The notes beneath the pieces were generated by a model. That model was not told where the DNA came from, searched no databases, and worked only from the letters and a program-made list of their open reading frames with translations. Both the position numbers and the translations under genes were made by a program. DNA of 64,000 bases from Verrucomicrobiota bacterium (GTDB taxonomy: Bacteria; Verrucomicrobiota; Lentisphaeria; Lentisphaerales; Lentisphaeraceae): contig JBDKFG010000020.1 of the NCBI GenBank assembly GCA_039798785.1, positions 45,362-109,361 of the forward strand, written 5' to 3'. Shown one piece after another: positions 25,096 through 36,200 of this stretch (within the stretch, counting starts at the first letter, position 1; every line of letters begins with the position of its first letter).

Positions 25096-27108
25096 TTAAT
25101 AGGCGTTTGGAATGCTGATGACGAAGCGGGTGCCGTTGCCGGGTTGAGAGTCGATGGTGAGCAGGCCGCCGAGCATTTCGACCCGTTGCGCCACTACATC
25201 CATGCCAACACCTCGGCCGGAGACCTGGCTGATCTCGTCCTTGGAGGAGAAGCCAGGCCGAAGGATCAGGCGGAGTTTCTCGCCAGAATTCATCGCTTCG
25301 ACCTCGGCCTGGTGAGCCAGTCCTTTCTTGACTGCAAGAGCAGCGATTCTGTCGGCGTCGATGCCGCGGCCGTCGTCTTCTATCCGGACAATCACTTCGC
25401 CTGGCTCATCATTGGTTTCGAATCTGATTGACAAGCGGCCGATGGCCGTTTTGCCCGAAGCCTGGCGCTCGGCGGCACATTCCAGGCCGTGATCGAGAGC
25501 GTTGCGGACCATGTGGAGCAGGGGGGTGGAGAGTTCGTGGAAGACTTCCCGCCGGAGTTGGATCTCGGCGTCGTCGAGGACGAAGGCGACCGTCTTGCCA
25601 AGTTCGAGGGCGAGGTTTTCCGCCGTCTGGCCGAGCAGGGGGCGAAGTCGGGAGACAGGAACGAGCAGCAGATCATGGATTTCCCGGCTGAAGCAGGCCA
25701 GCTGAGGTAGGCTCTGCTGCCGGCCGAAGTCCTCGATCCGCCTGGCCAGGTCGGTGAGTTCATTCATGTCGACCGCGATCTGGTCCCCACAGCCCGAACG
25801 GGCTTCCTGGCGGATGTTGAACCGGTTCAGCAAGGTGTGGATGTTGTTAAGCATCCCCTTGACCTTGGCGAGTCGAGGGGCTGTTTCATCCTTGACATGC
25901 ATGAAGCCGGAGCCGGAGCGGCAGAGCTGCAGCACGTCTTCGAGCTCATGGGCGCTGTCACTGAGATCGCGGAAGCGCATCGTCGAAGCGTTGCCCTTAA
26001 GGGTGTGAATCCCCCGGAAGAGGTGGTTGACCATGTCCCGGTCGGCCCCTGCCTCAAGGGCGTTCTCGAGCTCTCCGATGATCGAGTTGCACTCGCCGAG
26101 GAACTGCATCAGGTCGGCGTTGTTGATCGAGATCACGGCCGAGACCAGCTCCATGTTGCGCTCGTGCTCCCGCTTGGCGTTCTCCACCGCCTCCTCCATC
26201 TCCTGCTGCCGGGTGACGTCGCGGATCACGCCGAGCAGGGACTTCTCGCCGCCGGCGTCGAGGGCGGTCCAGGCGAAGCGATAGACGCGCCGGGCACCTT
26301 GGGGGTCGCGGAAGTCGCACAGGGAAAGCGGGCCGATGGCGCAGACATCCTCCCAAGGCATGCCGCAGGGCGGATCCAAGGCCAGCTTCAGCCAGTCGCT
26401 GAAAAGTGCGCCCTGGCCTGCAAGGGCGCCGGCGGGGCAGATCGAGACGAAGCTCTTCTCCTCGATTTCCCTGGGATCGAGGAAGAACAGCCTGCCCAGT
26501 TCGCTCGAGAAGCCTGGACGGATGCATCCCCGTCCATCGAGGACAAGGATGCCGTCGGGTATGCTGCCCATGATCGCCTTGACCGTCGCCTCGGCCTTGT
26601 GGGCGCGCTGCTTCTCGGCCAGAGTCTGGCGGACCTGGTCTTCGAGCTTGAGACCGATGTCCTGCTTCATCAAATTCAGGGAGAGGATCAGGTCGAGTGC
26701 GACGCCGCCGCCGCTGAGACGGCACTTGTAGGTCTTGACCTGCGGCATGTCAAGACTGCCCCGCAGCACCAGGGGGGAGAGGAAGGTCAGGTCGCTGAAG
26801 TCGGCCATGATCGCATTGATCGCTTCGCCGACGACGGTGTTGAGATACTCCTTCAGGCAGGCGTTGACGGTGGCCTCCGAGCCGTCCCCCATCATGCCTT
26901 CGATCAGGGGCGCCCAGGAATCGTCGGTGGCGATCAGGTAGTCGCCGGAGATCGGGCCGCTGAAGGGGATGAGGACCCAGGTCCGGGATTCGCCGGGGGT
27001 GATCTCGCAGGTCGACGCTTCGCCTTCCGGTGCCAAGGACAGTCCGAACATCGCTTCGGCGCAGGCGATCGCCTGTTCGCGGAAGGATTCTACATATTTC
27101 TCGATCAT
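25096..27108 (-). CDS. Cytoplasmic CheA-like kinase lacking CheW domain: CheX-PAS-Hpt-HATPase
   Basis: N-terminal FSGPISGDYLI...LKEYLN (CheX), PAS IMGSIPDGILVLD, Hpt LFRGIHTLKGNA, HMVRNALDHG, DDGRGID, GFSS...SGRGVGMDVV. The protein ends right after the HATPase. Confidence 0.88.
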   Translation of the reverse strand: MIEKYVESFREQAIACAEAMFGLSLAPEGEASTCEITPGESRTWVLIPFSGPISGDYLIATDDSWAPLIEGMMGDGSEATVNACLKEYLNTVVGEAINAIMADFSDLTFLSPLVLRGSLDMPQVKTYKCRLSGGGVALDLILSLNLMKQDIGLKLEDQVRQTLAEKQRAHKAEATVKAIMGSIPDGILVLDGRGCIRPGFSSELGRLFFLDPREIEEKSFVSICPAGALAGQGALFSDWLKLALDPPCGMPWEDVCAIGPLSLCDFRDPQGARRVYRFAWTALDAGGEKSLLGVIRDVTRQQEMEEAVENAKREHERNMELVSAVISINNADLMQFLGECNSIIGELENALEAGADRDMVNHLFRGIHTLKGNASTMRFRDLSDSAHELEDVLQLCRSGSGFMHVKDETAPRLAKVKGMLNNIHTLLNRFNIRQEARSGCGDQIAVDMNELTDLARRIEDFGRQQSLPQLACFSREIHDLLLVPVSRLRPLLGQTAENLALELGKTVAFVLDDAEIQLRREVFHELSTPLLHMVRNALDHGLECAAERQASGKTAIGRLSIRFETNDEPGEVIVRIEDDGRGIDADRIAALAVKKGLAHQAEVEAMNSGEKLRLILRPGFSSKDEISQVSGRGVGMDVVAQRVEMLGGLLTIDSQPGNGTRFVISIPNAY

Positions 27109-27128
27109 GAAGCTTCCTCCTGGTCTGT

Positions 27129-27686
27129 TCAGCCGCCGAGCAGTTTCTTTAGCGCGGCTTCCATGTCGAGGTCGGCCGGCACGTCCGCAACCACTTCGGA
27201 TGCGGGCGCTCTCCGGTCAATGCCGACGAAACAGGAGATCCCGCCCCCCGCGTCGAGGGTGCCTGCAGCGCCGCGGCTGGGGAGGAAATGTGGCTTCAGG
27301 CCGTTGCGCAGATCCCAAGTCATCGGAGGAGAGATCTCCATCCGCCCGCATACCGCGACGACGCTGTCTGAAATCACGTAGCTGCAGCCGATGAGATTGG
27401 CCAGCTCGCCGATGCTGGAGACCAGGAGTTCGCTGCTGATTTCCGCCTCCGGCATGATGTTGTGCAGAAGCTTCTCCGCAGTGGAAGCCGACATCGAGAT
27501 CACGATTTGCCCCTGGCATTCCGGACCGCTCAAGCTGATCCAGGCGAGGAGATCCTGGGCAGCGTCGGGTTTGCGGCAGGCGCGGATCTCGCCGATCTCG
27601 CTGACGTCCCGGAAAAACATCGACTCCACACTTTCGCTGACGACGTTCATCAGTTCCCGTATCAACGCTTCCTGTAGTGAATCCAT
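27129..27686 (-). CDS. cheX: CheX-like phosphatase
   Basis: ISLSGPECQGQIVI...SIGELANLIG (ExxN). Start reassigned to ATG 27686. Confidence 0.75.
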   Translation of the reverse strand: MDSLQEALIRELMNVVSESVESMFFRDVSEIGEIRACRKPDAAQDLLAWISLSGPECQGQIVISMSASTAEKLLHNIMPEAEISSELLVSSIGELANLIGCSYVISDSVVAVCGRMEISPPMTWDLRNGLKPHFLPSRGAAGTLDAGGGISCFVGIDRRAPASEVVADVPADLDMEAALKKLLGG

Positions 27687-27744
27687 GGGCTCACCCTCTG
27701 GGTTCGTTTCTTTTAGGAGATTAGTTTCGGACGCATGGCAAGAC

Positions 27745-27759
27745 GCAGTGCCTGTGCCA
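27745..27759 (-). promoter_or_regulatory. sigma54 (-24/-12) promoter for the cheX/kinase operon
   Basis: Minus strand TGGCACAGGCACTGC = GG-N10-GC, ~60 bp upstream of the 27686 start. Confidence 0.72.
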
Positions 27760-27847
27760 ATGTCTGCATACTTCACTCAAGAACCTCGCCCGCTCCCGGT
27801 TCAGCCTTCAGGATTTCGTATTCTGTTTGGTTTTGTATTTAAACTTA

Positions 27848-27892
27848 TGTCGTGAAGTCGAACATCCTGGGCATTTGTCGGGGAAACCGACA
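27848..27892. promoter_or_regulatory. Two tandem candidate bEBP enhancer sites (TGT-N11-ACA)
   Basis: TGTCGTGAAGTCGAACA (27848-27864) and the perfect palindrome TGTCGG-GGAAA-CCGACA (27876-27892), lying between the two sigma54 motifs. Confidence 0.55.
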
Positions 27893-27962
27893 TGTGGGGA
27901 GATCGGCGGCTCCGGCGCCTGTCTGCGGGGACTCCGCATCTTCGTCAATCGAAGGGCGGTAT

Positions 27963-27977
27963 TGGCATCACAACTGC
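27963..27977 (+). promoter_or_regulatory. sigma54 (-24/-12) promoter for the TonB-dependent receptor
   Basis: TGGCATCACAACTGC = GG-N10-GC, 44 bp upstream of ATG 28022. Confidence 0.68.
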
Positions 27978-28021
27978 GTGATGGGACGCTGCCGCCATTA
28001 CCATCCAGCAAGGAGTTGCAT

Positions 28022-30136
28022 ATGCGAAGCCTATCAATGGTTCCCGTCCTGGCACTGGGTCTGATGTTCACGTTGCCCGGCCTTCTTTTCGCCGCGGACG
28101 AGCCACCCCGCATCGATGTCGAGAAAGACTACAAGGCGATGGAAGAGGACCTGAGTTTGGAATCGCTCTTCAAGCTCGGACAGAAGGTGACATCCGTATC
28201 CGGCACCGCGATGGATCTTTGGGATGCTCCGGCGGCCGTGCATGTCATCACTGGCGAAGACATGAAGCGGCGAGGCAACACCTCGATCGCCGAAGCCCTG
28301 CGCTTCGTCCCCGGTCTCCAGGTCGCGCAATTCTCTCCTCACGGCTATGCCATCGGTTCCCGAGGCTTTGCCAGCCGCTACACCGCCAACCTCCTCGTTC
28401 TTGTCGATGGCCGCACGGTCTACACCAGTCTTTATTCCGGCACCTTCTGGGAGCGTCTCGATGCCGTTCTCGAGGATGTCGACCGGATCGAGGTGATCCG
28501 TGGTCCCGGCGCGACCTTGTGGGGGGCCAACGCGGTCAACGGAGTCATCAACGTGGTGACCAAGAGGGCGAAGGAGACTCAGGGGAGCGTCCTCATCAGC
28601 CAGGCCGGGACGCTTGAGAACAGCCTTGCGCTCCGCCATGGCGGGCAAATCGGCGACGATCAGTGGTATCGAGCCTATATCAAGGGAAGGGACTATGACG
28701 ACTTCCTCAGCTACGGCAGCAGCCACGGTCTTGATGACGGGTATCAGAACCTGAGTTCCGGAATCAAGCATGAGTGGGAGGCCGATGCCGACACGCTGCT
28801 GACCTTGCAAGGGGATCTTTATCGCACTCACGGCATGCAGGAACGCTACTTCTTAAACAATCCGGGATTTGTCAAGAATGTTCCCGCCATGGCACCCCTT
28901 GGCATCCCGCCGGGAACCTTCGGCGTCATCGCGCCCAATAATCCCCTGCACAAGCTAGGCACCAGCGACACTCAAGTCACCAATGCCAACCTCATGGCCA
29001 CTCTCAAGCGCGATTTTGACGAAACCAACGGCTGGCAGTTGAAATCCTATTGGGATCACGACCAATATGACAACCCGGCTTTTGAGGAGCGTCGAGACAC
29101 ACTCGATGTCGACTTCCGCAACTGGTTGGAGCTGGACGATCGCAATAACTTCATCTGGGGTGTCGCCAGCCGTACCAATGTCGACAAAGTCAACACTGGC
29201 CGGATGTACCACACCATGCCCGGGGGGGCCACCCGATCCATCCATTCCGCTTTCATTCAAAATACTACGGAACTGGTTGAGGACAGGCTCTGGGCGATGT
29301 ACGGATCGAAAGTCGAGTGGAACTCGGTCACCGGGTTTGAGATTCAGCCCTCACTGCGACTCACCCTCAAGATCAATGACGAAAACAGTCTCTGGGCGGC
29401 TGCCTCCAGAGCCGTCCAAACACCTGGTCGTTTGCAGGACGACATCGAAGCAGATGTCAACGTTCCTGCGGGGCGCTTCCCGGTCAACCAGATGTTAGGG
29501 CCTTTCTCCGGCCAGCCATTCGGCGGCACGCTGCACTGGACAGGACTCAGTAATCCAAAGTCCGAAGTGATGAACGCACTTGAGCTTGGCTGGCGCACCA
29601 AACCGGTTGATGATTTGTCGATTGACAGCGCCTACTTCTACAATGATTACGAGGAACTGGTTGTCACTGAAGATAAAGGATTAAATCGGCGTTTTACCAA
29701 CGACGGTGATGCCCGCATCACTGGATTCGAGAGCCACATCAAATGGCACGCCAGTGAAGATCTCGAGCTCGGCGCAGGCTACACCCTTACTCAAATCCTT
29801 GACTTCGCCTCCACCGAGGATGCTCGTGTTCCTCAGCACATGATCAATGGCGAGCTGCATTGGACGTTTGCGGATAAATGGACGATCCATACCGTGCAGT
29901 ACTGGACTTCTGGATATGATGCCAATTACTACGGCGGCTTTAATGGCCAGATCGATGCCGGCAATTATCTTCGGTCGGATTTCGGTCTCTCTTGGACACC
30001 CCAGAAGAATCTCGATGTCGCCTTCTGGGTGATGAATGCCTTTGATGCCCAGCACCCGGAAATGGGGGTCAGTCAATATGATTCCCTCGGAGAGATCCCG
30101 CGCTCCTTCCTGCTGCAATTGACCTACAGATTCTGA
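28022..30136 (+). CDS. TonB-dependent outer-membrane receptor
   Basis: Signal peptide, plug motifs APAAVHVITGED, LLVLVDGR, DRIEVIRGPGATLWGANAVNGVINVVTK, C-terminal LTYRF; RBS AAGGAG. Confidence 0.92.
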   Translation: MRSLSMVPVLALGLMFTLPGLLFAADEPPRIDVEKDYKAMEEDLSLESLFKLGQKVTSVSGTAMDLWDAPAAVHVITGEDMKRRGNTSIAEALRFVPGLQVAQFSPHGYAIGSRGFASRYTANLLVLVDGRTVYTSLYSGTFWERLDAVLEDVDRIEVIRGPGATLWGANAVNGVINVVTKRAKETQGSVLISQAGTLENSLALRHGGQIGDDQWYRAYIKGRDYDDFLSYGSSHGLDDGYQNLSSGIKHEWEADADTLLTLQGDLYRTHGMQERYFLNNPGFVKNVPAMAPLGIPPGTFGVIAPNNPLHKLGTSDTQVTNANLMATLKRDFDETNGWQLKSYWDHDQYDNPAFEERRDTLDVDFRNWLELDDRNNFIWGVASRTNVDKVNTGRMYHTMPGGATRSIHSAFIQNTTELVEDRLWAMYGSKVEWNSVTGFEIQPSLRLTLKINDENSLWAAASRAVQTPGRLQDDIEADVNVPAGRFPVNQMLGPFSGQPFGGTLHWTGLSNPKSEVMNALELGWRTKPVDDLSIDSAYFYNDYEELVVTEDKGLNRRFTNDGDARITGFESHIKWHASEDLELGAGYTLTQILDFASTEDARVPQHMINGELHWTFADKWTIHTVQYWTSGYDANYYGGFNGQIDAGNYLRSDFGLSWTPQKNLDVAFWVMNAFDAQHPEMGVSQYDSLGEIPRSFLLQLTYRF

Positions 30137-30154
30137 ATAGAGTCCAGACTCACT

Positions 30155-30188
30155 TGGGCGGCCGAAGTCGGCCGCCCATTTCTTTTTT
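30155..30188 (+). terminator. Intrinsic terminator after the TonB-dependent receptor
   Basis: 10-bp stem TGGGCGGCCG / CGGCCGCCCA, 4-nt loop, followed by TTTCTTTTTT. Confidence 0.85.
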
Positions 30189-30282
30189 GTGTCTCAGACG
30201 ATTCTTGGATTTTTTTTTAACTTTTATCCGACTTTCCCGGCTGTATGTTCGCGCCGAAACCCACACAGCTCGGAGATCCACC

Positions 30283-33200
30283 ATGGCTTTGTCTCTTCAT
30301 AGTTCAGTCTTCACCCACGGCGAAGGTGGCAGAATCGATTTCTCACCGTCCTCCTTCACCCTCAGTGGACTTGCCGGTCTCGCCGACAACCTTGTCGTCT
30401 TCACCGTCTCCGGCCTCAGCGCCGGTGAGTTTTTTGTCGGCGGCACCAAGCAGAACTTCTTCACTCTCGCCGATCTCAAAGTCGCCGGCAGGGTCATTTT
30501 CCAACATGACGGATCCGAAGCCATCCCCTCCTTCAGCCTGCAGCTCAGCGGCGGCGGCGACAGCTCGCCCGTGATCCGTCCGCTGATCGTCTTCAGTCAC
30601 GTCAACGAAGCCCCCTCGGCCAGCTCCGGCGCCATGAGCCTCAACGAGGGTGGGCTTCTGCTCGTCACCCGTGACATGCTTAATGGCAGTGATTTAGAAA
30701 CTCAAGATCCCGCCGCTCTCCGAGTCGAAATCAAGAGCGTCAGCGGCGGCTATTTCATCCTCAGCGGCTTGCGCGTCACCAGCTTCAGCCTCGCAGATAT
30801 CGACGCTGAACGAGTCGCTTACCGCCACCAAGGCGCCGATCCTTCCCCCTCCTTCAGCTTCACCGTCGTCGATCCCGCCGGAGGCCGCTCAAGCTTGGAA
30901 AGCCGCTCGATTCACATCAATCAGCTCAATGACGCCCCGCTCGTCGTCGCCAAGGGGATCAACATCATTCGTGGAAAGGACAGCGTCCTCACCACCGCCT
31001 TGCTCAAGATCACCGACGAAGAAACCACTGATCCCTCGCGCCTAATCATCAGGCCGACTTTCCTGGTCAACGCCTCCCTGCTGGTCAAAGACACCGCCGG
31101 AGTCCTGCAGGCCGCCAGCAGCTTCACCGCCAAAGATCTTGCCGACGGCAAGGTCGTGCTCCGCCACGACGGCGGCGCCAGCGCCCCGCGCTTCTCCTTC
31201 AAGGTGGAAGACGACGATGGCGGCTTCAGCAGCACCATCAACGCCTCCTTCCGCTTCCGCGATACCCAGGCTCCGACCGGCAACAAGGCGCCGAAAATCT
31301 CGCTCGCCAGGATCGATGTCAAGGACGGCCAGACCCTCACCGTCACCGGCGAGATGATCAAGGTCACCGACACCTTCTCCGACGCCGGCGGCATCCTGCT
31401 CACCGTCTCCGGCCTCAAAGGCGGCCAATTCTACCTCAACGGGGTCAAGGCGACGCTCTTCACCATGGCCGATATCGAGGCCGGAAATGTGCGCTTCACG
31501 CACACCGCCAACCAAGCCTTGCCGAGCTTCAAAATCGTCGCTTCCGACGCCCAGGGACTGAAGTCCCAGCCCTTCACCGTCAGCACTCACGTCACCGAGC
31601 TCAACGACTCGGCGAAACTGTGGATCCGCCCGGTAGAGATCAAAGAAGGCGGCACGGTGAAGTTCACCGACAGCCAGCTGCTGGTCATCGATGGCGACAA
31701 CCTGCCGAAACCCGCGACCCTGAAGTTCTTCGTCGAATCAATCGCTCACGGCCAGGTCCGCCTCGGCAACCTCGCGGTTCAAAGCTTCACCCTCGCCGAC
31801 GTCAAGGCCGGCAAGGTCAGCTTCGTCCACGACGGCAGCGAAGACGCTCCTGAGCTGCAATTGTCGCTCAAGGATCTCGATGGCAACGGCAAGGTGATGA
31901 GCAGCTCGCTGGTGATCAGCATGTCCTTCCAGTTCAGCACCGCCAACGACCTGCCGATCCTCCGCGGCTCGGACCTCGTCGTCTCCGGCAATTCGCCGAA
32001 CTCGACCATCACCTTGAGCACCGACCATTTCGACGCCAGCGATGCCGAAACCGCAAATCCCAACGGCCTGATCTTCAAGGTCACCAGCGTCAGCAACGGC
32101 GAATTCCTCCGCTACGGCCAAGCCACCAATCTCTTCAGCCTCGCCGACATTCAAGAAGGAATCGTCCAGTTCCGCCACACCGGCAGCAGCGGCAGCATCG
32201 CGAAATACTCCCTCGTCGTTACCGATGTCGACGGCGGCACCAGCACCAGCTTCTCCGGCCAGACCGTCAATGATCCCTCGGTCAATGACGATCCGCCGGT
32301 CCTGGTCCTCAATCCGATCCCGCTCGTCGAAGGCGGCAAGGTGCTGATCACCACCGCGATGATCAACGCCACCGATCCCGATGTCGGCACCCCCGCCGCT
32401 GCTCTCCGATTCCAAGTCAGCGGTCTGAGCGGTGGCAGCATCGTCAAGAACGGCTTCACGGTCGACTCCTTCACCCTCGCCGACATCCAAACCGGCAAGA
32501 TCTCCTTCATCCACGACGGCAGCAACAACGCGCCGTCCTTCCAGATCGCGGTCAGTGACGGCTTCCACAGCAGCGCTGCGGCCGCCGCAAGTTTCGCCTT
32601 CATCGCCGTCAACGCCGCCCCCAGCGATCTGCAGCTCGTCCTCAACGGCACCTACTTCGAAGGCGACGCCGGCAGCAACCTCGGCAGCCTCGTCGTCACC
32701 GACTCGGACGACAGCTCCGGCTTCACCTTCAGCGTCAACGACGCCCGCTTCGAAATCGTCGCAGGAACCCTGCGACTGAAAGCCGACCAGCCGCCGCTCG
32801 ACTTCGAGACCGAATCCTCGGTGTCGCTCTTCATCACCGCCACCGATTCCGGCGGCCAGTCGATCTCGCGCAGCTTCGTCCTGCCGGTCTCCAACCGCAA
32901 TGAAGCTCCCGACGCCATCGCTCTGTCGAACACCTACGTCCTCCCCGGCGACAGCGGCGCCGTCGTCGGACGCGTCTACGTCCACGACCCCGATGGCTCC
33001 TCCGGTCTCAGTCTCGCGATCAGCGACAGCCGCTTCGAAGTGGTCAACAACCTCCTCAAGCTCAAATCCGGCGAATCCCTCAACGAAGGCGATCCTGCTG
33101 TTTCGCTCACTCTCACCGTCACCGACGGCGGCGGCCTGAGCTTCAGCGACAGCTTCCTCATCACCGTCAAACCCAGCACGCTCGCCACTATTTCAGGCAA

Positions 33201-36200
33201 CGGTAACGCCAGCGGCAGCGAAGACACGCCGGTGATCAGCGGCAGCCTGACAGTGAGCGATCCCGATGACGGCGAGTCGAGCTTCCGCGCCCTCAACGCC
33301 AGCGGCAGCCACGGCCTCTTTGTCATCAGCGCCAATGGCAACTGGACCTATGCCCCCGCCGCCTCGGTGCAAGCGCTGCTTCCGGGCGAAAGCGTCGCCG
33401 ACAGCTTCACCGTCTTCTCCTTCGACGGCTCGGCCTCGAAGACCATCAGCATCGTCGTCAACGGCGCCGCCGACACCGCTTCGATCTCGGGCACTTTCAC
33501 CGCCACGATCGGCGAAGACGAAGCCTCCGGCGGCGCCGCCGGCAGCCTCGGCATCAGCGACACCGATGCCGGCCAGGCGAATTTCCAGACTCTCAGCAGC
33601 AGCGGCACCTATGGCAGCTTCAGCCTCGACAGCGCCGGCAACTGGGATTACCAACTCGGCTCGGCCGCCCAAAGCCTTGCGCAAGGCGCAAACGCCACCG
33701 AGCGCTTCACCGTCCGCTCCAGCGACGGCTCGGCCTCGCAACAGATCAGCATCGTCATCAACGGCTCGAACGACGCTCCCTACCAGGATCAAATCATCGT
33801 CACCGAGCGGAATGCGCCTCTCGGCCAGTTCTTCAGCTTCACCCTCCCGGCCGGCACCTTCATCGACCCGGAAGGCGACCTCATCACCGTCACTGTCGAC
33901 AATCGTCCCGCCTGGCTCAGTTTCGATCCGGCCACTGGCACCCTCAGCGGCACGCCGGGAGCCGATGACATCGGCACCGCCAACCCGAAAATCATCGCCA
34001 CCGACAGCCACGGCGCCAGCACCAGCTTCAGCCTCGTCCTCAGCATCTTCAATCCCAACAACATCCCGGTCCTCGGCGGTGTAAACTCCGGCAGCCTCAG
34101 TGAAGACGCTGCCAACGTCAGCGGAACTCTCACCATCGCCGACGCCGATGCCGGCGAGTCCTTCTACCAAGCCGCGACAATCACCAAAGGCCACGGCAGC
34201 TTCAGCATCACTGCCGACGGCTCCTGGACCTACACTCCTGGCGCTGACGCTCAGTTGCTCGCCCTCGGCCAATCCTTGATCGAAACTTTCGTCGCCATCT
34301 CGCAGGACGGCTCGGCCTCGCAAGCTGTCACCATCAACGTCATCGGCGCCAATGACGGCGCCAGCTTCAGCGGCACTTTCTCCGGCAGCGGCAGCGAAGA
34401 TGTCACTCTCAGCGGCAGCGTCTCGGTCAGTGATCCCGACGCCGGCCAGTCAAGTGTCCAAGCCTCCAGCCGCGAGGGCACTCTCGGCAGTTTCCTGATC
34501 AACGCCGCCGGCGCCTGGACCTTCGTGCCGGGCAGCGCCGCCCAAGCTCTCCTTCCGGCTCAATCCGCCTCGGAAAGCTTCACCGTCTACTCCGCCGACA
34601 ACTCGGCCTCGCAGGCCATCACCGTCACCGTTCTCGGCGCCAACGACGTCCCGAGTCTCGGCGGCACCCTGTCGGTCAGCGCCAGCGAAGACGCCGGCAC
34701 GCTCAGCGGCAGCTTGACGATTTCTGACGCCGATGCCGGCCAGTCGAGCTTCCAAAGCCTCAGTTCCAGCGGCACCTACGGCAATCTCAGCCTCGCTTCT
34801 GACGGCTCCTGGACCTACAGCATCCAAGCAGCCGCCCAAGCGCTCGGCGCCGGCCAGACCGCCAGCGACAGCTTCACCGTCACTTCCGCCGACGGCACCG
34901 CCACTCGCACCCTCAAGATCACCCTCAACGGCATCAACGACGTTCCGGGCATCGGCGGCACGGCCAGCGGCTCCTTGACCGAAGATCAAGCCAGCGTCAC
35001 CGGCACTCTGACCATCAACGATGCTGACGCCGGCCAATCGACTTTCCAAAGCCTCAGCGCCAGCGGCATTTACGGCTCGATCAGCCTCGGCAGCAACGGT
35101 GCCTGGACCTACCTCACCGGCGCCGCCGCCCAGGCGCTCGATGCCAACGAAAGCGTCAGCGACAGCTTCGTCGCCCGCTCGTCTGACGGCTCGGCCTCGC
35201 AAACGATCAGCATTAGCATCACCGGGGTCAACGACGCCCCCGTCGTCGCCCTTCCTCTCGCCGACCAGACGGCGAAGCAGAACGAAGCCTTCATCCTCGA
35301 TCTGGCCGGCACTTTCAACGATCCTGACGGCACCGCACTCAGCTACTCCACCAGCACTCTTCCGAGCTGGCTGAGCTTTGCCGACGGCGTCTTCTCCGGA
35401 ACTCCGGGTTCGACCGATCTCAACTCCTCGGTGATCACCGTCACCGCCTTCGACGATTACGAGCAGAGCGTCCAGGCTTCCTTCACCCTCAGCGCCATCG
35501 CAGTCAACCATGACGCCGTCATCAGCGGCAGCGGCAGTGCCAGCGTCGGCGAAGATGCCGCCAGCCTCACCGGCACGCTCAGCATCGCCGATGTCGACCC
35601 CGGCCAGGCCTCCTTCACCGCGACGACGCTCACCGGCAGTGCCGGCAGCTTCAGCATCGACGCGGCCGGCGCCTGGACCTACACGCCTTCCGCCGCCGCC
35701 CAAGGCCTCGCCGCGGGGGCCTCGGTGATCGACAGCTTCACCGTCTATTCGCTCGACAACTCGGCTTCGAAGACGATCAGCATCACCGTCAACGGCGCCA
35801 ACGACGTCCCGGTGATCAGCGGCACCAGCAGCGGCTCGATCTCCGAGGACGGCGCCGTGCTCAGCGGCAGCTTGAGCATCGTCGATGCCGACGCCAGCCA
35901 GTCGAGCTTCACCGCAGCCAGCGCCAGCAGCAGCAACGGCAACTTCTCGGTCAATGTCAACGGCCTCTGGCAGTTCACTCCGAAAGCCGCCGCCCAGGCC
36001 CTCGGCGCCGGCGAGAACGCGGTCGAAAACTTCACCGTCTTCTCCTCCGACGGCTCGGCCAGCCAAGTCGTTGCAGTCACCATCACCGGCGCCAACGACG
36101 CACCGGTCGTCAACGGCGGCACCTCCGCCTCGGGCCTGGTCAGCGGCCCGATCACCGGAACCCTGCTGGTCAGCGACCCCGACCTCAACGACTCCCTCAG

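Noticed and set aside
18151..27686. Canonical chemotaxis (che) operon call
   Set aside because: No MCP, CheW, CheR or CheB, and the kinases lack the P5/CheW domain, so cheA symbols were not assigned.
30215..30262. Possible sigma28 promoter (GCCGAAAC) before the adhesin
   Set aside because: There is no TAAA-like -35 at ~15 bp spacing.
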